Made by a program: the position numbers and the translations under genes. This document shows, one piece after another, positions 52,001 to 61,970 of a DNA stretch of 64,000 nucleotides. Origin of the DNA: Paraspadella gotoi (Eukaryota; Animalia; Chaetognatha). Under the pieces are notes generated by a model that was given only the letters and a program-made list of their open reading frames with translations, had not been told where the DNA came from and searched no databases. The stretch is taken from positions 15,747,845 through 15,811,844 of the forward strand of contig CM119270.1 in assembly GCA_051294375.1 (NCBI GenBank). Direction: 5' to 3'. Numbering within the stretch: position 1 is the stretch's first letter; each line of letters begins with the position of its first letter.

Positions 52001-52870
52001 GTTTTAATAATATTAATATTTTTTTGTATTTATAAAAGCAATGGTTTAAAATTTTGTAAGCGTTTCGAGCTATATTGCTTCATCTTTTTACTATTTTTGA
52101 TCTAGTTAGCTTTTTGTTGATGGTCAAGGGTTATGGTCAGATACAGTAATGTCCAGTAGTGTATATCGCACATATTACCAAAAGTAATGATCAATTAATT
52201 TGGCTCAGAAACAATTTTAAAGGGATAAAATCAGCACGAGACCGTTTCGCCACGTTATTTTTCATTGTGTCATAAAGAGTTATAACTTTTTCTATTCTAG
52301 GTAGGAATCCTTCAACTTCAATAGTTTTGACGCGACATTTCCAATTATCCTCTATGGTGGACTAAAATCCACCAACCGTTCATCAGCGGCCATTGGTGCC
52401 GGAGGCAAGTCATTCGCCTCCCAACCCAAAGGTCCGGGGTTCTAGCCCGGTGGCCTCCTGGCAGTTAAGAGGGACGGGGCGCTTAACCCGCCTGTAACAT
52501 GGTGTTACAGCCTGATCCGAAGCTCAGGGACTGCTTATATTGAACGGTTCTGTCACTAACACATAACAATTATCACTGTCTTTTCACCTCCATCTTTTTT
52601 TCCTTCCCCCCCCACGCGTACTACAGTTGCAAAAAGGTAAAAAGCTACATGACTTCCGCTCACGTCTCTTCCTCGCTGAAGAAAATCTTCGGGGCGAGAA
52701 AGAGCGTCTTCGAATCTTCCTGCCCAACGAGGGCGACGCTTTTCAAGCAACCGAAGAAGGCCGAGTGCTGCACCAAGTCTCTCTGCAATTCGGCGGAGGG
52801 AAAGAGCGCCGGAATCTTCAGAAACGGCGTCATCGTCGCCGTGGGCGTCGTCGTCGCCAAGTTTTTGTGA
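49013..52870 (+). CDS. Ly6/uPAR three-finger protein, probably GPI-anchored; exons 49013-49148, 49439-49571, 52627-52870
   Basis: Signal peptide MSFATKTRILTAIVVVLTTIICAEA, then ECYQC..SC..TC..FC..RTC..IC..ECCTKSLCN and a hydrophobic C-terminal tail. Phase-1 and phase-2 GT-AG introns join in frame. Confidence 0.88.
49265..49360 (-). mobile_element. 5'-truncated, degenerate relative of the twister-bearing SINE-like element
   Basis: Minus strand UAA-CCGC-GCC-[agugau/gucacu hairpin]-G-AGGG-UCGGAUGC-GCCC, then a 3' hairpin guugcccc..gggcauc resembling the 55624-55645 hairpin. Confidence 0.5.
49757..49860. mobile_element. Degenerate inverted copy of the TTAGGG-core MITE
   Basis: CCCTAA-like core (aaccctaac, ttaaccctaatccc) ending in ggcgcaagtaaaaat. 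Confidence 0.45.
52386..52575 (+). mobile_element. tRNA-derived SINE-like element (in intron 2 of the Ly6 gene)
   Basis: A box TGGTGCCGGAGG 52394-52405; B box GGTTCTAGCCC 52438-52448; acceptor-like stem ggccat/gtggcc; tRNA-Gly-like middle (ttcgcctcccaa); not a clean cloverleaf. Confidence 0.7.
52460..52535 (+). ncRNA. Twister ribozyme-like fold, type P5 permutation; predicted cleavage U52484/A52485
   Basis: P5 GGCAGUU/GACUGCU; GA-CG-G; short P1 loop; UAA; P2 CCC with G(A)GG; GCC; P3 CUGUAACA/UGUUACAG; P4 CCUGA/UCAGG; L4 UCCGAAGC; T1 pairs CG with CG. Confidence 0.75.
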
Positions 52871-53335
52871 TTCTCCGTTGCTGGCAATACATTGTACAGA
52901 CTACAAAAGTGATCTTTTCTAAAATGTTCCGAATCATTTTTTTTTTTAAAGCCATTGTGGTTGATATTTCGGTAGAGTTTTAGAACGTATGTATTTGTTC
53001 TGTCTCTATGATGTTTTTTTTTTTACCATTTTTTTTTTGGCCGTTGTTTTTTACTTTTTCCCCACTCAGGAATTGAAGGTATTACGCGTCATATACGGTC
53101 TCTAGTTGATAAAAAGTTTGAAACTGCCTGAAAGCAAATTGAGAAATAAAAGTTTTGTCAATATTTTGGTTAAGTCACATTCCACGCCTTTCAAGGTTTC
53201 GTCAATGTACAGTTTATTTATATGCAGTTGAAATCATTTTTTCTTGTCGCAACTTTGACTTTGGTTTAGCTTTTACATATAAATTATTTAAAGTCATTAA
53301 AGACATTACTATCGTCACAATCAAAAAAAGATCGA

Positions 53336-54070
53336 TCATTTATTTTGGAGCTTTGCTTTTACGTAAGTAATGTAATACTTCATATTAGATTTGCACGCTC
53401 GCTTTCCTGACAGAAGCCTTACATCTTGTATAAAAACTGCAAAAGACTTTGTTAGTATTTCCAGTCCAAAGTTTTTAAAACTATCTGAATGTAATCAAAA
53501 TATACATAACAAAGAATAAATTATCCAATGTTTAAACATGATTTTTCAATGTAAACAAAGTATCACAGTATCAATTGCAAAGTATTATGCAACTTATTTA
53601 GATAGAATATAAATCCGGGGGAGATTTAGTATCTTTAACAATTTTTCTAGGAAATTTTGTAAGATTCTCCAATCTCCATTTTCCAAATATTATTCTATCG
53701 ATCGAATAAATTGTTTTGGCAACAAAGAATTAAGTGCAAATTGTAGGTAATATGGTTGCAACGCGATTGGTGTCAACATTTCTGAAAGAAACTTTGCTAA
53801 GGCACTTGAATTTTTATTAAATGCATCAATTTTAGATGCTATAATTAATACATATATGTAATATTAAAGATATGAAAAACCAAGAATCAAAGCTCTGAAA
53901 TATTTTTCACAATACAATAGAGTATAGACGAGAAATGAGGTAACAGAGTTACATTGGAGATAAAAGGCGAAAATGATAACTTTAGTTATATCTACAAAAT
54001 GAAGCCGATACGCATGACCAAGACATGATATAATTAAAAAAATACTTATTAAACCAATATTTATTTTCAT
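53336..54070 (-). CDS. Candidate small secreted orphan protein (multi-exon, AT-rich)
   Basis: MKINIGLISIFLIISCLGHA signal-peptide-like start; internal coding-like stretch (~53830-53590) with one in-frame TAA; terminal exon cattcag|53484-53336 open to TGA. Donor sites not firmly identified. Confidence 0.3.
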
Positions 54071-54471
54071 AACGAAATCACGAAGGGAATGCATGGAAGT
54101 ATGATTGTTCGTTCCCAGGCCATCGAAATCCTAGGTCAAGCTTAATGTCTCGTCGATCGGCTTTTGCCAACCGATTGCGGGGAAAAAATCCTTCCGAGTC
54201 TCTAGATCAAAGAAAAGCATTAAATTTAATTTTAATTCTTTTATTTAATTACAATTTTTTATTGATTTTTTAACGAAACCTTAATCTGATATAATCTTTA
54301 AGCATTTATTTAAGTTAAAAACAAATTTAATTTTAAATTTTGATAGAGGGAGCTTTCGGAAAAGATGGCCCAAAGGCTCCGGCTCCTTTTCGACATTTGT
54401 GAAGAGATTTGAGTACAACACCTCCAAGGTAGCCGGTACGGGGAACCCCTACATAGCCGATCGGCCGTGGG

Positions 54472-56447
54472 CTAGAGCAGTTCGACGATGAAGTAGGAAA
54501 GGCCCGCGCCGACGCCGAGGCCCGCAGCCAAGAAGAAGGCCATCAAGGAGCCGGCCATTTCGGCCGAAGAGTCGACGACCCGTTTGGGGCCGAACATCAT
54601 CGCCAAGGAGGCGAGGTAACCGTTGGTGAGGGAGAAGACGGACTGTTTGAGAAGGGTGGAGTGGGGGATTGAGTTGGAAGGGTGAGTTTGATGGTTGAGA
54701 GAGAGTGAGAGACTAGCCGTTCCACTTTTCTACGTCCACAAGCCACAATTTTCCACCGAATCCCGCCACAACTCACCACAAATGCGATCGGGTAAGCGTC
54801 GTGAGTGAAGGCCGTCCACAATCGCCTTGTCTCCGCCGTCTGCACGTTGCACAGCATGAAGGCGGGAACGAAGCCGACCCTGACGCAGCAGAGCAGCGGC
54901 AGCAGCCAGCGCGGGCTGAGGGCGTGGGGGAACTGGATGCGCCCGGCCAGGGAGCGGCCCAACATGTCGCCGAAGTTGAAGAGAAAGAAGCAGAAGACGG
55001 GGGTGAAGAACTTGACGTACGGGTTGTCGTCGGAGGATGGGGTGTCGTCGGAGGTAGTGGTGGAGATGGGGCGGATGAGGACCAGCACTCCGGGGAACAC
55101 ACTGGTTGTGATTTGAAGGTGAGTGAATAAAAATGAGGGAAACTCATTTTATAAGTAAAAAGGAGATAAAGACGCATAATACCTACTATCTTGCACCTGA
55201 CTTTAGACAGGCTTTGGTGTGGTTGTTTAAGGCCTTCATCACACTTACAAGAAACTTACACAAGAAAGTTACAGGACCCTCCAAGCTTTCAATCAAAACG
55301 GTTCAACGTTTTTCTTTTTTCACCCTTTGTCAGCAACCGGTTTAGATGACACCGGAATACTCACGTGAGAGTGATGACAAAAGTGATGAAGACGGAGAAG
55401 GCTTCAGGAGCGATGCTGCAGAAGAAAGAGGAGAAAACTTGTGTTGGACAGCGACCGCAAAGTCGAATATCTCAAATGAGATACTGCTACATCATATCCC
55501 CGACATCGGCGTTCTTTAAACCCTTTCACAACATCACGGCTACTCAGGTCTCACTTACCCGCTCCATCATTGTTATGATCAAATCAAAAAATCAATCACT
55601 TATAGCAAGGGGGAGACATGATTGATGCCCGGGGTATGAGGCATCTCCCGACAGCTGGCGCTCAGGGCTTTGGACCGGCAGTGACCACCCCATGTCACTG
55701 GCGTGTTTATGCCTACACCATCACAACCTAAAGAGCGTGACAGTAAGGGGATTGAACCCGGAACTCACGGTTGGAGAACGAGTTCTTAGCTGTCCAAGCC
55801 AATGAGTTTCACCAAGCTATATGGAGGCGAATTTAGGATTCGCCACACACTAATACGATCACAAAATGATCATTTCACCCACTCCCTTCACCCCCTGCCC
55901 CTTACCCAATCCTAACTTACTTTTTCAACAAATTCCTAAGCCGATCCAACTTCATGCTCCTCTTCTTTTGCTCCTGCGAGACGTAGCCCGACTCCCCAAC
56001 TCCTCTTCCACTTTCTCCTTCCTCCCCTCCGGTCAACAACCCCTCCTCCTCCTCCTCCACCGACTCTTCCGCCTCCACCTCTTCCTCTTCCTCCCTGATC
56101 AGGCCGTACTTCCTTCCCCTCTCCCTCCTCCTCCTCTTCCTCCTCAGCCGGGGACTTCGGCTTCTCTCCACGGCGAAGACGAGGTAGTTTGACCGCAGCG
56201 CCGCCCACGCCGCTCCCGCCGCAGCCGTCATCACGGCGGCGGCGACGACGAAGTAGCCGAAGGTGGCGTAGCGGATCTTGGCGGGAGTGTCGCCGATGGC
56301 GAGGGTGGCGATGGCGGCGAGGGCGGCGACGGGCCGCCTATGGGAGGGGAGTGGAGGAATAAATAAATAAATAATATAAAATGAGTATAAATAAATAATA
56401 ATAAATAAATAAATAAATAAATAAAATAAATAAATAAATAAATAATA

Positions 56448-56490
<43 letters not shown>

Positions 56491-56556
56491 ATAGATAAAT
56501 AATAAATAAATAATAAATAAATAAATAATAATGAAGAATGAATAATGATTAAATAA

Positions 56557-56587
<31 letters not shown>

Positions 56588-56608
56588 ATGATGAAATGCA
56601 ATTAACCA

Positions 56609-56668
<60 letters not shown>

Positions 56669-56728
56669 AAAAAAAGAAAGAAAAAAGAAAAATAGATATA
56701 AAAAATAAAAAATAAAAATAGAAAGAAC

Positions 56729-56787
<59 letters not shown>

Positions 56788-57744
56788 AACGAATGAGGGT
56801 AGGAAATAAGGAAATGACGTAATCATTCGCGTTATTATTTATGCACAATTAAAATTACTGTCGTCACCCGTAAAAAAACTTGGCGAACAGCAGTTACAGA
56901 GACAAAGTCACTTCCCAATAATTTTCATGACTCGTCATTAACTTTGGAAACATTCATTAACTATAGTTGTCAAATATTTACAACCAAAATCTTCGCCCGT
57001 ATTTTTTTACGCGGAAGTGAAACGTTATTCTTTAATCTTCACGCTTTCCAGTCAAACTCACTTTTTCACTAAACGACACTTCTCACACAAAATATCCCTC
57101 ACCAAGTCCGAGATGTCACCGTTTCTGACTTTCGACACGAACTCAAAGTCTCGATTTCTTCTCCCAAAAATTTGGCCTCTGATCTCGATTTCAAAATCGA
57201 CGGCTGCACCGAGATAATAGAAACGACTGCACTCAAAAAAAGTATTTGACAACGAAAAGGTCACAGTTTATCTAAAGCTTACGGATTAATCCTTCACTTA
57301 TTTTTTTTTTATGCCATATTTTTCCTTCTCGGGGATTTTTTTCTTTCTTCTTAACTTACCTTCGACCTTTCCCCCCCCCCCGCTGTTCCGCTTCTCCGGT
57401 GCTCCTCACCTCACCTCACCTCTTTTCTTTCCCTTAAGGTTTTTCTTATATTCGATTCCCTCCCATTTTCCAAATTCGGCCCATTTTTTACTTTCACGAA
57501 CCCCGTACTTCCCTTGCCAAGTTTCTCAATTCACTTCATTTTTTTTTTTCATTCCTTTCTTTACAGGTATCTCAGGTAGCCCATAGCCCACAAGTCACTA
57601 CCCACAACGGAACCTCTCCACAATTAACCCCCCTCCCACAACTCATCTATCCACGAACCACCCCCGACAAACCACGGGGTTTTTTTTTTTCTCGCGCGAG
57701 GCGCCAACTCAACGAAGACGGAAGTAAAGGAAGCCGCGATTATT

Positions 57745-57825
<81 letters not shown>

Positions 57826-59986
57826 TTATTCTCAAAGGTCGAGCGAGTAAATATTTTATGACCCTGACAAGTTGTCAAACTTTCCTTCCTCGCTACAAAA
57901 GAAAATTCAGAAAACGTAAGATTGAAAAATCTAAGAGAGAGAGAGCAGAGAGAAGAGAGAGAAGAGGAGGAGGAGAGCGAGAGAGAGAGAGAGAGAGGAG
58001 AGAGGAGAGAGAGAGAGAGAAGGAGAAAAGGATCGCTCAGAAGAGTTTCACAGTAACTCACGAACCTTCATAGTCTCACATCTTTCACTGATCTCCTTTC
58101 AATTTCACATTTTCTTTCTTTCGTTGCCACGACGATCAAAAACAACAACGACGACGACAACGACTACTTAAACTCACCCAACGCCTGTCCGTGCATGACG
58201 CCCTGCATGAACCGCTGCGGGAGGATCCCCGCCAGTCCGAAGACGCCCGACTGCATGACGGCGGAGCAGGCGTTGATGAGTACGACTGAGGTGAGCGTGA
58301 CAGCGTAGAAGGTCTCTTGCCACGGGTCCGTATCCATGGTAACGAAGACGGAGGTGACGGCGAAGAGAAGCGCCATGAAGAGGGAGGAGGTCAAGATGCG
58401 GGTCTGTGGGAGGGAGGGGTGTGGGTTGAGAATGAAGGGTGGGGTAGAGGGGGAGCGTGGGTTGAGAGTGAGGGGTGTGGAAGAGTAAACCAGAAATGGC
58501 TCGAGAAAGGAAAACGGAAGGGACTGACGGACGGATTTAAAGGAGAAACAGATCAACAGACGGACAGGAAGAATTTACATTTCGACACTGAGCCAGATAT
58601 ACAGACTGACAGACTCAGAGCTCGAAACGTAGGTTTGACTTTGACTCACAATTAATATAAAAATGCTGAGTTTATATGACTTTTTCTATTTCTTAGAATC
58701 GTTAAAACATTTTATCTACATACTACATCAGGCAATAAAAATTACCAGCAAGCTCGTAGAAAACCTAAAAATTAAAAACTTTTAGAACTAAAATCATAAA
58801 ATATAAAATATAAAAACTTACGAGCTTACAAACTTACAAACTTCCTAATCAAGCGAGAGACCGACCACTTTTTTCCCCCCAATCTCTCTCACCTCCGCCG
58901 ACAGCACACGCGTCAGCAGCGACGACAGCAGCAGGAACATCACGTTGGGCACGAAGGCGGCGATGGCCATCGAGGGCTGGAACTGCTGCTGGAGTCGCGT
59001 GCTGGACTCCGGGTTGGTGATGTTGTGGAACTTGATCATCCAATAATCGTCGGCGGAAATGAAAAAGTTCCAGGGGAGGAGAGAACAGAGGCCGAGAAAG
59101 AGACAGGAGAGGTAGACGGCGTTGTACCGGTCCTGTAGGTGGGAGGGAGGGGAGGAAGGGAGGGGAAGAGAGGAGGGAAAGGGACCAAGAGGTAGGAAAG
59201 GGAAAATAGAAGTAAGTAAAGAGAGGAAATAATGGAAGGAGGAAGATGAGAAGGAATGAAAAGAGATACAAGGGAGTGAGGGAATAGAAAGAATAAGGGC
59301 GGGAAGTATATAAACAAATAGTTTAGACCGTTTTACTGGAAATAATCGGAGAAGCAAACGATTGTAAATCAAACATTCCGGAAATTCCTTGTTTATGATC
59401 GATTGATAATCTGCCTATTTGTCTATCCTGGCAGTTATTCTATTACGTTGGCTCTCGGTCTCACGGCCGCACGTGCAATGCAACGAAAAACGAAAATCTC
59501 AGTCGGTGCGATTATTCCCTGACGGCCGTCTGTCCGTGACTCAGTATACATCCGATTACACTTTTTTATATTTAATCCATACCTTAAGGATCTCAGGTAC
59601 CCCATCCCTGTCTTTACCTGCGGACCCCCCATTCCAGCGACGCTGTATTTGTGCGCGAAGGGGTGGTTCTTCAAGAAGGCTCGGCGCCTCTGCTGAGCGG
59701 GCGTAAGTCCGTCCGCGCCATGAGGGTCGTCGGCCCCGGGAGTCAAAGCTGGATTGAGAAGCGGCCGCGACGACGACGTCGACGACGACATATTGGGACT
59801 CTCGGCGGACTCGTCTTCCTCTTCGTAGCGAAGTCTCTCCTCCAGGGAAGCCGTTCGTCGTAGAGAGGAGGATCGTCGTAGGGACGAAGACGCCGAAGCG
59901 ACGAAGACGGAATCGTCGCCGAGTTCGTCGTCGCGTTCGTCGTCGCGTTCGTCGCCCCAGCGGAGAGAAGTCGACGAAGAAGCCAT
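54472..59986 (-). CDS. SLC29A: Equilibrative nucleoside transporter (SLC29/ENT); 7 exons: 59986-59618, 59132-58893, 58403-58178, 56337-55921, 55415-55365, 55101-54777, 54642-54472
   Basis: PQ|DRYNAVY..LGLCSLLPWNFFI, GVFGLAGILP..MHGQALG, TLTVFPG, FNFGDMLGRSL, TNGYLASLAMMFGP..EMAGSLM. Canonical splice sites; one apparent 1-nt frameshift near 56331. Confidence 0.93.
55605..55810 (-). mobile_element. tRNA-derived SINE-like element (in an ENT intron, sense to the gene)
   Basis: Minus strand A-box-like TGGCTTGGACAGC (55801-55789); B box GGGTTCAATCC (55759-55749); structured GC-rich body; 3' hairpin gaugccuc..gggcauc. Confidence 0.7.
55659..55737 (-). ncRNA. Twister ribozyme-like fold, type P5 permutation; predicted cleavage U55709/A55708
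   Basis: P5 CGCU(C)/(G)AGCG; P2' UGU; GA-UG-G; P1 UG(UAGG)CA; UAA; P2 ACA(C); GCC; P3 CAGUGAC/GUCACUG; P4 CCGG/CCUG (1 mismatch); L4 UCCAAAGC; T1 pairs UG with CA. Confidence 0.75.
56360..56790. repeat. (AAAT)n and (GAAA)n tetranucleotide arrays in an ENT intron
   Basis: Direct reading. Confidence 0.9.
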
Positions 59987-60041
59987 GGAGAGAGAGAGAA
60001 GAGAAGAGAGAGAAGAGAGGAGAGAGAGAGAGAGAGACGAG

Positions 60042-60094
<53 letters not shown>

Positions 60095-61221
60095 TTCTCT
60101 ACGCGCTCTTTTTAAGTAGGCGTCGTTCACTTTGAGGCGAAAATCGAATTAGGAAGAAATTTTCCATTTTTTTTTTTTACTTGGGTTTTCAATCTGAAAA
60201 TAAAAAAGGGAAGATTTCATAAAATAAAAAAGAACCAAAATAGAACAAAGTATTCCAGCTGAATTGTATTTAACGGTTTATTAAAAAGTGAGTTTTCATG
60301 CATTAGTTTTAATATATTCTCAATTAATCTGTTTAACGATCGAATGTACGAAAATCTTGCCGAGTCGGGCTTTATAAAAAATTCTAAATTTTTAGTCAAA
60401 ATAAAATAAAATAAATAAAAATTATAAATTTCTAGTCAAAATATTTTCTGATTCACTTTCGAAATATTTAAAATAAAAAAAAAAACGTTTCCCGTTTTTG
60501 TTCGAAAGAGATAAAAATGTCGATTACGAGGTCACGCGGTTTTTGTGAGATTAAAGTCTGTTTCCCGGGATCAGGGATCAGAGGTGACGTCAAATACGAA
60601 GATAACGACGACGACGACGACGACGACAATACAATTCACGACTTCAATACGTAAAGTTCGCAGCCGATTCTTGTTAGGACTGATGACCACGATGCAGCGA
60701 AAGAAAAAGACAATGGGCACAATAAGTCGATGACGAGGACGACGACGACGACGACACCCAAGACGAACTCATCAACATTCAACAATTTTTACTTGAGACG
60801 ACTAGATAGCAGATCAAACGCACTAATAACAAAGGAGCGAATGAACGAATCAATGAATGAACGAAAGAACCAATGAACGAAGGAACGAACGAACGAACAT
60901 TAAGAGAACTAACGCGAAACAACTAAAACTAAAAGGTCGTTAAAAAGTCGTAAAGATTCGCGGGTCAAATCTGCGACGAATACTTCTTCCCGCTTAGGCA
61001 GAGAAAGAAGAGGAAGAGAGGAAATACAATCATTTTGTTATGTTAGCAATAGATAGATATATATTGCTTGTTGAATCGTTTTAATCTATTTTTTTTTAAA
61101 TATCAAGTATCGTTCGAATTGGAATTCAATTTGACAATCTTCTTCATTTTTGTTCTCCTATGAAATATTTTTATTTTTCCTAATTTTCCTTTTCCCTGTG
61201 TAATTTATTCTTTTCTTTTTT

Positions 61222-61532
61222 NNNNNNNNNNNNNNNNNNNNNNNNNNNNNNNNNNNNNNNNNNNNNNNNNNNNNNNNNNNNNNNNNNNNNNNNNNNNNNN
61301 NNNNNNNNNNNNNNNNNNNNNNNNNNNNNNNNNNNNNNNNNNNNNNNNNNNNNNNNNNNNNNNNNNNNNNNNNNNNNNNNNNNNNNNNNNNNNNNNNNNN
61401 NNNNNNNNNNNNNNNNNNNNNNNNNNNNNNNNNNNNNNNNNNNNNNNNNNNNNNNNNNNNNNNNNNNNNNNNNNNNNNNNNNNNNNNNNNNNNNNNNNNN
61501 NNNNNNNNNNNNNNNNNNNNNNNNNNNNNNNN
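61222..61532. other. Assembly gap (311 N)
   Basis: N run. Confidence 0.99.
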
Positions 61533-61970
61533 GAGAGGTTCAGGTGGAGCTGAATTCTCGGTTCCAAGAAACCGAATGAGTGACACCAACGAAATGAGGC
61601 AGAGAGTTTCTTTTAGTTCTTTTGTTTGTTTTTTTTTGGTTTTTTTGTTTTTTTGTCTCCCAAACGAGAAAGCTTTTAGTTTAGTGTTAATCCTAGTTCC
61701 TTAACTTCTTCAGCCTTAGGATATTTTTCTTCCTATCTTTTAGATGTCATTTACTCATTAGTTTTGTTTTTAACTTAATTAATTTTCATTAATACAGCTG
61801 ATTCATCGATTACACAGCACAGAGCTTTTTCACTAAAAGTAATTATTAGGCAAACGACATCTTATCAAAAATCATAACTAAAACGTAAAACCATAAACAA
61901 ATGTGAATTTTGTCAAAAATTCTTTTCAAGGAATCATAATCCTGAAAAGGTCATGCTTTCGGAGTTTTTC

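Noticed and set aside
52325-52395. Minus-strand CUGAUGA..GAAA hammerhead-like core next to the SINE head
   Set aside because: Stem II is out of register and stem I cannot form.
52386-52456. Functional tRNA-Gly gene (likewise 55745-55810)
   Set aside because: D and anticodon stems are broken and there is no nearby oligo-T terminator; treated as SINE heads.
57700-57750. GIIAASFTSVF as a candidate ENT exon
   Set aside because: No AG acceptor; the exon at 56337 supplies the expected helix.
60675-60705. CUGAUGA..GAAA hammerhead-like motif
   Set aside because: Stem II does not pair, and there are no flanking stems I/III.
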